NCBI GenBank assembly: GCA_963678315.1
Contig: OY782781.1
Coordinates: forward strand, 128,001-192,000
Source: Candidatus Cloacimonadales bacterium
Lineage (GTDB): Bacteria; Cloacimonadota; Cloacimonadia; Cloacimonadales; JAFGVF01
Direction of reading: 5' to 3'
Length of the DNA: 64,000 nucleotides
The notes beneath the pieces were generated by a model. It saw only the letters and a program-made list of their open reading frames with translations. It searched no databases and was not told where the DNA came from. Position numbers and translations under genes: made by a program. Shown here one piece after another: positions 50,298 through 60,779 of this stretch. The stretch's first letter is position 1; the number at the start of each line of letters is the position of its first letter.

Positions 50298-50323
50298 AAA
50301 AAAAGCCTAGCAAAAGCTAGGCT
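50298..50323 (-). terminator. Terminator of the tRNA cluster
   Basis: AGCCTAGC-TTTT-GCTAGGCT followed by a T run. Confidence 0.8.
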
Positions 50324-50338
50324 AAAATGTATATCAAC

Positions 50339-50416
<78 letters not shown>

Positions 50417-50429
50417 CAGTGTAATATTT

Positions 50430-50454
50430 AAAAAAGCCAACTATAAAGTTGGCT
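50430..50454 (-). terminator. Internal terminator-like hairpin between tRNA-Val and the distal tRNA-Pro
   Basis: AGCCAACT-TTAT-AGTTGGCT followed by a T run. Confidence 0.6.
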
Positions 50455-50462
50455 AAAATCTA

Positions 50463-50538
50463 TGGTGGGCGCAGAGGGACTTGAACCCCCGACCACTTGC
50501 TTGTAAGGCAAGAGCTCTCCCAACTGAGCTATACGCCC
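50463..50538 (-). tRNA. tRNA-Val(TAC)
   Basis: GGGCGTA...CTTGC-CT-TAC-AA-GCAAG...GGTTCAAGTCC...ACCA. Confidence 0.97.
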
Positions 50539-50572
50539 GGATAATTAGATAATAAATATTGCTTCAAAAAGA

Positions 50573-50648
50573 TGGTGGGCGCAGAGGGACTTGAACCCCC
50601 GACCACTTGCTTGTAAGGCAAGAGCTCTCCCAACTGAGCTATACGCCC
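50573..50648 (-). tRNA. tRNA-Val(TAC)
   Basis: Identical copy of 50463-50538. Confidence 0.97.
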
Positions 50649-50686
50649 AATATTTATTATCACACTATACGTTATTAAAATCTATC

Positions 50687-50765
<79 letters not shown>

Positions 50766-50885
50766 TCCGGATATGTACAATCACTTTTATATTTAGTGAT
50801 ATTCTTGTCAATACTTATTTTTAAAGTTTTTTTCTTTTAGAATTAACAATATTCATATCTGACTATTTTTAAAACAGATAGAATA

Positions 50886-51113
50886 TTAATATTTCTTCAA
50901 GAAATTTAACACATGATCTGCTTCAGAAGAATAATCTTCAGCAACTTGGACTTCAATTAGGTTTTTGGTCTTATCAACTGTAGAATAATTAAAAGCTCCT
51001 TCCCATGATTCTAAGACATAGCAGAAGACAATTTGATCCTTAGGAGCAATCTCAATAGTTAAGACTATAACCTTTTCATCAGTTATTCTTCTATCAATTA
51101 TGTTAAACTTCAT
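50886..51113 (-). CDS. Small conserved protein (DUF4911-like)
   Basis: IAPKDQIVFCYVLESWEG..YSTVD; TAATG coupling to lon. Confidence 0.65.
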   Translation of the reverse strand: MKFNIIDRRITDEKVIVLTIEIAPKDQIVFCYVLESWEGAFNYSTVDKTKNLIEVQVAEDYSSEADHVLNFLKKY

Positions 51114-53455
51114 TATTTTACCAAAGCTAATTTTAGAACTTCAGAAATAGTTGACACAGGAGTAATCTCCATATCAGATTTTATCTCTTCATTAATCTCT
51201 TCTAAGTCTTTTACATTTTTATTAGGAATAAGGACTTGCTTAATACCCTCACGTTTTGCAGCAATAAGCTTTTCAGGTAATCCCCCAATTGGAAGAACAT
51301 CTCCAGATAGAGTTATCTCTCCAGTCATAGCAACATCGTGCCTAACCTTAATTCCACTGAGAATAGAAACAATAGCAGTTGTCATAGTAACACCTGCAGA
51401 AGGTCCGTCTTTAGGAACTGCACCTTCCGGAATATGAAGATGAAGATCTGTATCTTTATAGAAATCAGGATCTATTCCATACTTCTTGGCATGTAATCTA
51501 CAGAAAGATATAGCAGCTTGAGCTGATTCTTTCATTACATCTCCAAGTTGACCAGTTAAATTAACTTTACCATCACCAGGAAGCTTCACTATCTCGATAG
51601 TCATAGTCTCACCACCGACAGCAGTCCAAGCCAAGCCATTAACGATACCGACACGGTCTTTCTTGTTAACTTCGCTGTGTGAATATCGCTCAACTCCAAG
51701 ATAGCCTTTAATATGCTTTTTATTGAGAGTAATACTCTTTTTAACATTACCTTTAAGGTGATCTTTGATTATCTTTCTAAGAACCTTGGCAATAGTTCTA
51801 TCAAGAGTTCTAACACCTGCTTCTCTAGTATAGAACTTAATAATATGATGAAGAATGTCATCTGAGAAATTAACTTTAATTTTATCTTCAATGCCATGTT
51901 CTTTAACTTCTTTAGGTACTAGATGATTAGCTGCAATTCTTACTTTCTCATATTCAGTGTAACCTGGTAATTCTATGATTTCCATTCTATCAAGAAGTGG
52001 ACCAGGTATAGAAGATAAATCATTCGCAGTTGTAATAAAGACAACATTGGATAAATCGTATTCTATATCTATATAATGGTCTCTGAAATGAGAGTTTTGT
52101 TCAGGATCTAGCACTTCTAGTAAGGCTGATGCAGGATCTCCTCTGAAGTCAGAACTTAGCTTGTCTATTTCATCCATCATAATCATAGGATTAGTAGACT
52201 TGGCCTTCTTCATAGACTGCATAATCACACCTGGAATAGCTCCCACATAAGTTCTTCTATGACCTCTTACTTCTGATTCATCACGCACACCACCCAATGA
52301 TATTCTTACAAATTCACGCCCTAATGATTCAGCAATAGACTTACCTAAAGATGTTTTACCAACTCCTGGAGGTCCTGCAAAACAGATGATTTGTCCTTTT
52401 ATTGACTGATTTATCTGCATCACACTGATGAATTCTAAAATACGTTCTTTTACATCTTTCAATCCGTAATGGTCACGGTTAAGAATTGCTTCTGATTTAT
52501 TTATATCAACTTTGCCAATCTCTTTAGCATCCCATGGAAGTTCAAGAACCCAGTTTATGTAGTTTAACAAAACTGTATATTCTTGAGAATTTGGATTAAT
52601 TCTACTAAGTTTTTTAAACTCTTCTTCCAGTTTTTCTCTTGCTTGTACAGAAAGATTTGTATTCTTAATTTGCTCTTTCAACTTTGTTAAATCATTGCCA
52701 GCATCTTCAGATATACCAAGCTCACGGTGAATCTGTTTTAACTGCTCATTTAAGAAGAATTCTCTTTGTACCTTAGAAATGTTTGTACGAACTTGATTCT
52801 CTATACCCTTTTCCAAATTGATTACTTGAATCTCATCATAAACTAACCTAATCATCATCTTGAGCGACTCTATAAGATCATTCATCTCGAATATTTCTTG
52901 CTTCTTATCAAAATCGCCATCAAAGAAGTTTAGACAGAAATACAGTAATTCTTCTGGAGAATCTATATTAGAGACAGATTGTTCTAATTCATCTGGAACT
53001 GTTCTCTTTAGTTTAGAGTATTTGCTGAAGATATTTCGTAGATTACGAGTATAAGCACTCAGCATCTTAGAGTCATTTATATCATTTGCCTTATCAACAA
53101 TATAGACTTCTGCTTTTAAACAGTTTTTTCCTTGAATAAATCTTTTAACCATTACCCTAGCTGCTCCATCGCAAAGCACTCTCATGTTCCCATCAGGTAA
53201 TGAGAATTCTTTTACAATTAGTGCTAAAGTCCCCCATCGATGCATATCTTTAGCAGTAGGATAATTTTCGCTTTCAATATTAGTTTTTTGAGGAATACAC
53301 AAAATTGGATCATCATCATCTAAAGCATCTCTTACGGCAAAGATTGTTTTACTTCTACCAACTAAGATTGGGGTAGCTACTCTAGGGACCATCATCATCT
53401 GTCTCAGAGGAACTACATTAAATATAAGTTTATCTTCTTGTTTATTTTTTGCCAT
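51113..53455 (-). CDS. lon: ATP-dependent Lon protease
   Basis: DHYGL, GPPGVGKTS, RGHRRTYVGA, DEIDK, PKDGPSAG and IGGLPEK. Start placed at MAKNK after AGGAG. Confidence 0.97.
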   Translation of the reverse strand: MAKNKQEDKLIFNVVPLRQMMMVPRVATPILVGRSKTIFAVRDALDDDDPILCIPQKTNIESENYPTAKDMHRWGTLALIVKEFSLPDGNMRVLCDGAARVMVKRFIQGKNCLKAEVYIVDKANDINDSKMLSAYTRNLRNIFSKYSKLKRTVPDELEQSVSNIDSPEELLYFCLNFFDGDFDKKQEIFEMNDLIESLKMMIRLVYDEIQVINLEKGIENQVRTNISKVQREFFLNEQLKQIHRELGISEDAGNDLTKLKEQIKNTNLSVQAREKLEEEFKKLSRINPNSQEYTVLLNYINWVLELPWDAKEIGKVDINKSEAILNRDHYGLKDVKERILEFISVMQINQSIKGQIICFAGPPGVGKTSLGKSIAESLGREFVRISLGGVRDESEVRGHRRTYVGAIPGVIMQSMKKAKSTNPMIMMDEIDKLSSDFRGDPASALLEVLDPEQNSHFRDHYIDIEYDLSNVVFITTANDLSSIPGPLLDRMEIIELPGYTEYEKVRIAANHLVPKEVKEHGIEDKIKVNFSDDILHHIIKFYTREAGVRTLDRTIAKVLRKIIKDHLKGNVKKSITLNKKHIKGYLGVERYSHSEVNKKDRVGIVNGLAWTAVGGETMTIEIVKLPGDGKVNLTGQLGDVMKESAQAAISFCRLHAKKYGIDPDFYKDTDLHLHIPEGAVPKDGPSAGVTMTTAIVSILSGIKVRHDVAMTGEITLSGDVLPIGGLPEKLIAAKREGIKQVLIPNKNVKDLEEINEEIKSDMEITPVSTISEVLKLALVK

Positions 53456-53677
53456 CTTTTCTCCTATATTGACTGCACGGTTAATCTCACTAATAATCGT
53501 CACACAAATCAATACTGAATTTGATTTTATAAGTAATAATACCTAGAATATAAATTCTTAGATAGGCTAAATACGTCAAGATTTAATTATAATATTTGCA
53601 AACAATCGTCTAGATTGCTAATTTTGAAACATTAAGTGTAATTAGAATTGTTTAAGTAGTAGAATTAATGGTGATTT

Positions 53678-53769
53678 TCCTCCAGTAAGTACGCTTTATT
53701 CATACTTGCTGGAGGATAATATTTTTCTTGACACTCTCCAGTAAGTACGTTAATTTAGACTTAGTGGAG
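53678..53769 (+). promoter_or_regulatory. abiE promoter with two tandem inverted-repeat operators
   Basis: IR1 CTCCAGTAAGT-N13-ACTTGCTGGAG (53680-53714) and IR2 CTCCAGTAAGT-N12-ACTTAGTGGAG (53736-53769); TTGACA at 53728-53733, then N17-TAATTT. Confidence 0.8.
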
Positions 53770-53775
53770 GAAAGT

Positions 53776-54372
53776 ATGATACTTACAACGTTAAAGCTAA
53801 AGAATGACTTAAGAGAATACTCTTCAGTTAAGAGTAAGATTTCACGACTTCTTGAATCTAATGAATTATATCAGTTAAAGAGAGGATTCTATACTAAGCC
53901 TCAAGAGAGTGCCCTTTCATTATATAGCGTTGCCAATTTACTGTATGGACCTTCTTACATATCATTTGAGAGTGCATTATCATATTATAATCTGATTCCA
54001 GAAAGAGTTTCAACCATAACTAGTGCAACATTTAACAAGAACAAGAGCAAGTATTTTGATACACAAATTGCTAATTTTAGTTACTTATCAGTACCAGATA
54101 AGGTATATTCACTAGGAGTTGATTTACAGAGAGAGAATGAACAGAACTTTCTTATTGCAAGCCCAAGCAGAGCTCTTATTGATACAATATACAAAAACAA
54201 ATATGATCCAAACACCTCTGATTTCAAAAGGATTCTTAGTGAAGATTTAAGGTTTAACCTTGAGGAAGTAGAATTAATTGAACCTAAAATACTAAGAATG
54301 ATTTCCAAAAGCTATAATAAGAGGTTAATTACTAGATTTACAGATTGGTTTTTAAGTGAGGTTCACAAATGA
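53776..54372 (+). CDS. abiEi: AbiEi-type antitoxin (type IV TA), wHTH transcriptional regulator
   Basis: LKRGFY, PSYISFESALSYYNLIPE and IASPSRALID; ATG after GGAGG. The track start at 53728 is the -35 box. Confidence 0.88.
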   Translation: MILTTLKLKNDLREYSSVKSKISRLLESNELYQLKRGFYTKPQESALSLYSVANLLYGPSYISFESALSYYNLIPERVSTITSATFNKNKSKYFDTQIANFSYLSVPDKVYSLGVDLQRENEQNFLIASPSRALIDTIYKNKYDPNTSDFKRILSEDLRFNLEEVELIEPKILRMISKSYNKRLITRFTDWFLSEVHK

Positions 54373-55232
54373 AGAACGTAATTCAACAAATGATTGCTAG
54401 GTATGATTGTAAAAATAACTTAGAGAGAAAGAATGCCTTAAAAGAGATTATTCAAGAGATAGCTCTACTAGGGCTCTTCAGGTCAGGTTTCTTTAATTAT
54501 GCAGGATTTTATGGAGGAACAGCTCTTAGAATATTCTATAATTTACCTAGGTTTTCAGAGGACTTAGATTTTTCTTTGATAAAAGCAGACAACGATTTTC
54601 TTTTAGCAAAACATTTAAAATCTGTTCAGAATGAACTTAATTTCTATGGCTTTGAGATGGATATTGAAGAGAAGATCAAAAATCATGATTCTAATATCAA
54701 ATCAGCCTTCATTAAAGGAAACACCATTATTCATCTAATAAAAATAGTTGAGTCCAAGAACAAAGTTAGAGGTATTAACCGAAATGAGAAGATTCAAATT
54801 AAACTGGAGATAGATATAAATCCTCCACTTTACGCAGATTATGATGTTAAATATCTACTTAACCCAATCCCATTTTCTGTTAGACTTTTTGACCTACCTT
54901 CTCTATTTGCAGGTAAAATTCATGCCTTACTATTTAGAAGTTGGGGGAATCGTGTAAAAGGTCGTGATTTTTATGATTATGTATGGTATCTTTCAAATTA
55001 TCCTAAGATCAACCTTGTTCATTTGACGGAACGAATGAGGCAAACTAGTGATTGGAACATTGAAAGTAATATTCAACTAAGTGAGATAAAAGAAATGTTA
55101 CATAAGCGTTTTAAAGAAGTTGATTTTGAGCAAGCTAAACTTGATATTGAACCATTTATATTAAATAGAAACGATCTTGCTCTATGGAATAAGGAGTTCT
55201 TTGACAGCATAACAAAAAGCTATCTAGTGTAA
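54369..55232 (+). CDS. abiEii: AbiEii nucleotidyltransferase toxin (type IV TA)
   Basis: EIIQE, FYGGTALRIFY..PRFSEDLDFS, KLEID, LFAGKIHA and KGRDFYD; ATGA overlap. Confidence 0.92.
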   Translation: MKNVIQQMIARYDCKNNLERKNALKEIIQEIALLGLFRSGFFNYAGFYGGTALRIFYNLPRFSEDLDFSLIKADNDFLLAKHLKSVQNELNFYGFEMDIEEKIKNHDSNIKSAFIKGNTIIHLIKIVESKNKVRGINRNEKIQIKLEIDINPPLYADYDVKYLLNPIPFSVRLFDLPSLFAGKIHALLFRSWGNRVKGRDFYDYVWYLSNYPKINLVHLTERMRQTSDWNIESNIQLSEIKEMLHKRFKEVDFEQAKLDIEPFILNRNDLALWNKEFFDSITKSYLV

Positions 55233-55280
55233 CAGAATAATCTTCGTCCACACTAAATAGCCTTTATATATTATTTTATC

Positions 55281-56822
55281 TTAGTCTTTCTTTAATTTAA
55301 ATCTTGTAGCAACCTTATAGCCATCAACAGCAGAAGAAATTATTCCTCCTGCATAGCCAGCACCTTCACCCATTGGATAAAGCCCTTTAGTATTAGTACT
55401 TTCACAAGTTTGCCAATCTCTAATGATTCTCACCGGTGACGAGGTTCTTGTTTCAGGTGCTATCAAGAGACCATTATCTACAAAACCTTTATATCTTTTA
55501 TTGAAGTGTTTTAAGCCAGTAACCAGAGCTTTAGTTATTTCAATAGGGAATAATTCCCCAAGCTTTCTACTATAAAGGTCTGGTTTATAAGAGTTCTTTG
55601 GAAGCTTATCACTCAATCTATTCTTTAAGAAGTCTTTACCTAGCTGGGCTGGAGCATAGAAGAAATCTCTTTTAGCCTTTTGTTCAATAGATCTTTGCAG
55701 ATACATTCCATCTAAAACGCCTTTACCAAAGTGTTTAGGTTCAACTGTAGCTACCAAAGCTGAGTTAGCGAATTGGCCATCTCGAGCCAAATAAGACATA
55801 CCGTTAGTAACAATACCATCAGCCTCTGAAGATGAACACACTACTGAACCGCCAGGGCACATACAGAAGCTATAAACGCCATGGTCTCCAGCTTTCGCTG
55901 TTAATCTATAAGTTGCCGGACCCGTTACATTAGTATCACACTTTTCACCATAAAATAGTTTGTTAATATAGTCTTGTTTATGTTCTATTCTAAAACCCAC
56001 TGCAAATGATTTAGCTTCCATAGCGATTTGATTATTGTGCATCACTTCAAAGAGTTCTCTAGCACCATTTCCAATACCTAACAAAGTAACTTCAGGGTAA
56101 TACTTATCACCATTAATAGTTAATTCCAACTTATCATTCACTGTTTTAATATCTGTTAGTTTATGATTAAAATTAAACTTACAACCTTCTTCTTGTAAGT
56201 ATTCAATAATATTGCCAGCTATGTACTTTATACCATCTGTTCCTAGATGCGGAAGTGCTTCATAAGCAATTCTTTTATCTGCACCAAATTGAATTAAATA
56301 ATCTGAAATCTTCTCTGAATAGAAGTCTCTGTTTCTAGCAGTTAATTTACCATCAGAATAAGCCCCTGCCCCACCTTCACCAAACTGAACATTTGAATCA
56401 GGATTTAATTGATTATGAAGCCATAAATTGTTTACAGTTTCGTCTCTTGGCTCAATCTTCTCCCCTTGCTCAAAGAAGACAGGTTTTAAACCGTTTTCAA
56501 CCATAGCTAAACCAGCAAACAAAGCTGATGGACCACAACCAATTATCACAGGATTTTCATCGCTTATGTAAATTGTTTCAATTGGCTTCTTCTTTTTTTC
56601 ATTCAATTTTAGAACATCTTGATGATTTGGAACTTTACCTAAGAATTCAGCTTCCACAGTATAATTTATCCATACATTGTTTCTTTTTCTAGAATCAATA
56701 GATCTTCGACTTATTTTTACTATCTTAAACTCAGACTCACTAATTTGAAGTTTATGAGCTATAGCTTTAGCTAAATCAGGGTGATGTGCTAATCTAGTTG
56801 AAATATTCTTAATTTGATACAT
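55281..56822 (-). CDS. FAD-dependent oxidoreductase (uncharacterized COG2509-like family)
   Basis: IIGCGPSA, NVQFGEGGAGAYSDGKL, PHLGTD, GFRIEH, SFCMCPGG, ETRTSSP and GEGAGYAGGI. Confidence 0.9.
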   Translation of the reverse strand: MYQIKNISTRLAHHPDLAKAIAHKLQISESEFKIVKISRRSIDSRKRNNVWINYTVEAEFLGKVPNHQDVLKLNEKKKKPIETIYISDENPVIIGCGPSALFAGLAMVENGLKPVFFEQGEKIEPRDETVNNLWLHNQLNPDSNVQFGEGGAGAYSDGKLTARNRDFYSEKISDYLIQFGADKRIAYEALPHLGTDGIKYIAGNIIEYLQEEGCKFNFNHKLTDIKTVNDKLELTINGDKYYPEVTLLGIGNGARELFEVMHNNQIAMEAKSFAVGFRIEHKQDYINKLFYGEKCDTNVTGPATYRLTAKAGDHGVYSFCMCPGGSVVCSSSEADGIVTNGMSYLARDGQFANSALVATVEPKHFGKGVLDGMYLQRSIEQKAKRDFFYAPAQLGKDFLKNRLSDKLPKNSYKPDLYSRKLGELFPIEITKALVTGLKHFNKRYKGFVDNGLLIAPETRTSSPVRIIRDWQTCESTNTKGLYPMGEGAGYAGGIISSAVDGYKVATRFKLKKD

Positions 56823-56874
56823 GGATACTCCTTAGGTTTTATATATACAAATTTAGTTCTCATAGGTTATATAC

Positions 56875-56900
56875 AAAAAAAAGCACTCAAAATGAGTGCT
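56875..56900 (-). terminator. Terminator of the tRNA-Phe pair
   Basis: AGCACTCA-TTT-TGAGTGCT followed by a T run. Confidence 0.8.
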
Positions 56901-56906
56901 AATCTA

Positions 56907-56982
56907 TGGTGGCAAGACCCAGACTTGAACTGGGGACACAAGGCTTTTCAGGCCTCTGCTCTACCAACTGAGCTATCCCGCC
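56907..56982 (-). tRNA. tRNA-Phe(GAA)
   Basis: GGCGGGA...GAGGC-CT-GAA-AA-GCCTT...AGTTCAAGTCT...TCTTGCC-A-CCA. Confidence 0.96.
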
Positions 56983-57014
56983 AATTAATTTTAATCTAAC
57001 ACTTTAATAATGAA

Positions 57015-57090
57015 TGGTGGCAAGACCCAGACTTGAACTGGGGACACAAGGCTTTTCAGGCCTCTGCTCTACCAACTGAGCTATCCCGCC
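57015..57090 (-). tRNA. tRNA-Phe(GAA)
   Basis: Identical copy of 56907-56982; TTGACA at 57137-57142. Confidence 0.96.
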
Positions 57091-57161
57091 ACGTCATTTT
57101 TAAGTGTAGAATCTTTTTAATTTATCCTGTGTTTTATGTCAAGATAAAATTATTTTTTATT

Positions 57162-58322
57162 TTATAAAGCAGAATTATATGGGGTATCATGAAAGTACAA
57201 CCGAAAATACCCATTATTATAATGTCCAATCATTATCAAAGAATCATTGTATTCTTTTTCTATAGCAAACCTGATATATAGATTCTCAATTCCCAGTGAT
57301 TTTCGCAACAGTTTTTCGAGGGAAATACAGATATTCTTTAATTTTATTACATTATTATTATCTTCTAATGAATCAAAGTTCTTCATATACAACCTACAAT
57401 TACTACCTTTCTGCCAATCAAAAGTTACATCTTTAATAAAACTATTTTTTCTAAAGATGTCCAGTAAGTCTGTGTCTAACTTAGTAATCCTGAATTCATC
57501 AGAAAATATTGAAATTAGAGAATCAGAAGATACTTTATTTACACATATTGTGTCAATGTAAGTTTTAATATTCTCAGATGTATTTACACTATCTAGATAC
57601 AATTGTAAATCCAAATGTTCTGCCCTTTTAATAATTATTTTATCAACTGATTTTTTCATATTTATAGTTGATAAGAAATTTTCATCCATGCGAAACACAA
57701 TTTTTAGATTATCTTTATTTACATCCCCTGGAAACTTAATTCTTTGTGAAAATTGTTCTTTAAACGTTACATTATTTATATAATATGTTGTAAAGTTTGA
57801 TACCCAATCATCGAAAGAATATGATAATATTTGTGTCTCAAAATTCGTTAATTCTACAGAGCATTTAATACTATCAGGTATATTACTCTCGACATTAACG
57901 TCAATAACTCCAAGCAAAACATTTTTGTTTAAATTAACATTAATATAATATATTAATTCTTTAGGAATACTTATCTTGCAATCTAAAGTTTCTTTTTTTT
58001 GTGACTGGGAGTCAACTATATTAACTTTTGGAGTTTGTGAATCTTTCTTCTCTGTTAGATTTTTTATCACAGGATCATTTTCTTCATTAGCTGTTAATCC
58101 TATCCAAAAAAAACTAAATATAATTGCAAACAAAGATAAACTTATACTTATATAAAACCTAAGTTTATTAAAAGTATGTTTCCTAAACACGGGGTTAAAT
58201 ACTACTGCAATGAACAAAAAAGATAATGAAGATAGATATTCAGCATTTAAAGTCCCAAATAGATACATCAAAAATGAGAATAAGCTGATTATCCACAACA
58301 AAATTTTTTTTAATACAACCAT
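57162..58322 (-). CDS. Hypothetical membrane-anchored protein (very AT-rich)
   Basis: 386 aa ORF with AAGGAGG RBS and three N-terminal hydrophobic segments. Confidence 0.65.
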   Translation of the reverse strand: MVVLKKILLWIISLFSFLMYLFGTLNAEYLSSLSFLFIAVVFNPVFRKHTFNKLRFYISISLSLFAIIFSFFWIGLTANEENDPVIKNLTEKKDSQTPKVNIVDSQSQKKETLDCKISIPKELIYYINVNLNKNVLLGVIDVNVESNIPDSIKCSVELTNFETQILSYSFDDWVSNFTTYYINNVTFKEQFSQRIKFPGDVNKDNLKIVFRMDENFLSTINMKKSVDKIIIKRAEHLDLQLYLDSVNTSENIKTYIDTICVNKVSSDSLISIFSDEFRITKLDTDLLDIFRKNSFIKDVTFDWQKGSNCRLYMKNFDSLEDNNNVIKLKNICISLEKLLRKSLGIENLYIRFAIEKEYNDSLIMIGHYNNGYFRLYFHDTPYNSAL

Positions 58323-58535
58323 CGATCCTCCTTATTATACAAACAAAATGTTTCACCTCGCAGATACATTGAGATATTTCAAAAAAATAATCGCATCCAA
58401 AACAACTAACACAATATTTTTTCTCTTTTCATATGGTTGTCAATAAAAAATTCTTATCCTTACTCAGATTTCACCTAAAAAAGGATTGTCATTTAAATAA
58501 CTTATTTAAACTATTCCTTCATAAAAATACCTGAC

Positions 58536-58586
58536 CCTTACTTGCCCCCTTGAAAAAAGGTCGATTTTTCAAGGTGGCAAGTAAGG
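58536..58586. repeat. 51-bp palindrome family B, copy 2
   Basis: CCTTACTTGCCCCCTTGAAAAA...TTTTTCAAGGTGGCAAGTAAGG. Confidence 0.87.
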
Positions 58587-58679
58587 ATGAAGTTAGAAGT
58601 TGATAAAGACAAAAAAAGCTCCAAAATAACATCATTATTTTGAATAGAGCTAAAGACTGCTTGTAAAATTTACTTAATT

Positions 58680-60389
58680 CTATTCTACTTTTGCTTTAAC
58701 TGGTCCCATTACTATTTCAGTCCAGTCTCCGTTAAGATATGAGACAAGCCAATAGTAGTATATACCAGCTTGATTGATATTCTCATCATTCCAGTTATGA
58801 GATGCTGTACCTGTATAATCTTGAGCAGGGATCAAGTTTGAAGGCATAGATTCATAATAGTTTGGTGTTGTACCTTTTCTAACTCTAAAATTTGAATAGA
58901 CAGATTCATTCCATGTATGCCAATTTACAGTAACAGAATTATCTGAATTTGGATAAGCTGCAAGGGTAAATACACCATATTCAGGATCACCAAAATTAAT
59001 TATTGTTATTTCTGACTCAGCAACAGGACTATAAGTTGTTCCATTTAATATTCCTATTGCTTTAATAACAGTAGTTTCTTCAATAGTGAAAGAATCTGTA
59101 TATAAAGTTGAGTTTTCATCTGGAGTTGAACCATCTAAAGTATAATAAATTGGGTATTCAAAATCAACCGGGTTAATAGAAATTGTCTTGCTTGCATTGA
59201 AAATACCTGAGTAAGGATATATTGTAGGAGCAGGGCAATTAAATGAAATTTCTGTAGTAGTTACAGCACTTGGCATATAGCCAGTTTTATAGACTTTTGC
59301 CTTAACTATAGTAGTTGTTGAAACTGTGAAAGGCTGTGTATAAAGAGGTGAGTTCTCTGTTGGTTCTACACCATTAGTTGTATATCTAACTTCATAATTA
59401 GCAAATTCACACATAATCTTTACTTCTCTAGGGCTAGTTAAGTCAGTTACATTTTCTTGAATGATTTGAGGGAAAGGTAATTGTTCTCCTGAAGCAGGAA
59501 TATTTGAATCTACTACAAGTCTAAAGCCTGTTCTTTCTCCTTCAACATCATAATTTTGCCATCTACGGAAGATTTGTGATTCATCTTCCCAATTAGAGAA
59601 ATTTCCTCCTCTTATCGCAAGAGTCTCTGTTGCATAACCACTGATAGGGTTATTAGTTGTTGAATAAGAATAATCTTCATAATTCCAGCATTGTTCACTC
59701 GCGTTACCTGTCATATCATACATACCCCAAGCATTTGGAGCTTTACCTTTAACATCATGGAGTCTATAACCAGCATTATTTTGATACCAAGCAACACTAT
59801 CTATATTGCTAGACCCTGAGAAATGATTAGTTGATTGACCTGCTTCTGCTACATATTCCCATTCAGATTCTGTTGGTAATCTATAACCATTAGCTGTAAC
59901 ATCCCACAATAAGGCATGGCTATTAAAATCAGTCCAGTCAGCAAATACTTTATTTTCATTATTATAATAACACGGTTCTTTACCATCTCTGATACTTAAA
60001 AGATTACAATATATCATCATATCTTCATAAGAAATACTTGTTACAGGGTAGTTTTCTTGACCTTCTGTATAAGTATGAGATGTTATAATTTGAGCATACT
60101 CAGCATTGGTTACTTCTTGGTCAGCCATTTTGAATGATGATAATGTTACAGTATGAACAAGCTGTTCATCTCCTTCTCCTAAATAAGAGCCCATTGAAAA
60201 ACTGCCTTCTGGAACCTCTACAAAGAAAGATTCAATATAATCTCCATTACCGTTACCATCACCATTGCCATCTCCACCATCTGTACTATCTGGGGCATTT
60301 GGTTTAGTAGAACTACTATCATCACTACAAGACGTCACCAACAACATCACACACAAGAAACATAAACAAATGAAACAAACCTTTTTCAC
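58680..60389 (-). CDS. Lipoprotein with an FGE-sulfatase (SUMF1) domain, two CHB_HEX_C modules and a C-terminal Ig-like domain
   Basis: Lipobox VTSC, FSMGS, EVTNAEY, GYRLPTESEWEY, PNAWGMYDMTGNASE, RGG...GFRLV and YTxNG/YTLDG modules. Confidence 0.88.
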   Translation of the reverse strand: MKKVCFICLCFLCVMLLVTSCSDDSSSTKPNAPDSTDGGDGNGDGNGNGDYIESFFVEVPEGSFSMGSYLGEGDEQLVHTVTLSSFKMADQEVTNAEYAQIITSHTYTEGQENYPVTSISYEDMMIYCNLLSIRDGKEPCYYNNENKVFADWTDFNSHALLWDVTANGYRLPTESEWEYVAEAGQSTNHFSGSSNIDSVAWYQNNAGYRLHDVKGKAPNAWGMYDMTGNASEQCWNYEDYSYSTTNNPISGYATETLAIRGGNFSNWEDESQIFRRWQNYDVEGERTGFRLVVDSNIPASGEQLPFPQIIQENVTDLTSPREVKIMCEFANYEVRYTTNGVEPTENSPLYTQPFTVSTTTIVKAKVYKTGYMPSAVTTTEISFNCPAPTIYPYSGIFNASKTISINPVDFEYPIYYTLDGSTPDENSTLYTDSFTIEETTVIKAIGILNGTTYSPVAESEITIINFGDPEYGVFTLAAYPNSDNSVTVNWHTWNESVYSNFRVRKGTTPNYYESMPSNLIPAQDYTGTASHNWNDENINQAGIYYYWLVSYLNGDWTEIVMGPVKAKVE

Positions 60390-60545
60390 TTTTTCTCCTA
60401 ATATTTTAATAATTGTTACTATAAAATAACAAAACCTTAGTCAAGATTTTAGATTTATTTCTCTTTGTCAAATACTATTGATTAGGTTAACATTTCTTCA
60501 TAAATCTTTACATTAACAATGTTATTAGAACACATTAATTTACAC

Positions 60546-60570
60546 AAAAAAAGACACCTTTGCAGATGCC
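60546..60570 (-). terminator. Second terminator downstream of guaA
   Basis: GGCATCT-GCAA-AGGTGTC followed by T7; G-U pairs favour the minus strand. Confidence 0.65.
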
Positions 60571-60627
60571 TCAGAGCATTACTTAAGTCAAGGCTCTTTG
60601 TTTTTGCTTTATTTTTACAAAAATAAA

Positions 60628-60708
60628 TCGACAATAGCTTAGTTGAATCTTTTGCAGAAGACGTGTTTTAACACTTCGATTGCGAAATATTTAGCTAAGA
60701 TATGTCGA
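60628..60708 (+). ncRNA. Candidate structured element (81-nt imperfect stem-loop), family unknown
   Basis: TCGACA/TGTCGA, CTTAGTTGAAT/ATTTAGCTAAG, TTTTGCA/TGCGAAA and GTGT/ACAC; three G-U pairs on the + strand. Confidence 0.4.
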
Positions 60709-60779
60709 ATCTTAAAATGCAAGACATTTATGTTTACTAATAGTTAATGTTCAACATTGCACCTTAAATTCAAAGTTTT

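Noticed and set aside
53728..53775. N-terminal extension of AbiEi from the track's TTG start
   Set aside because: That TTG is the -35 box; a GGAGG RBS precedes the ATG at 53776.
59515..59625. FGE-sulfatase C-terminal segment as a DGR variable region
   Set aside because: No template repeat or reverse transcriptase in the window, and the codons lack the AAY-derived pattern.
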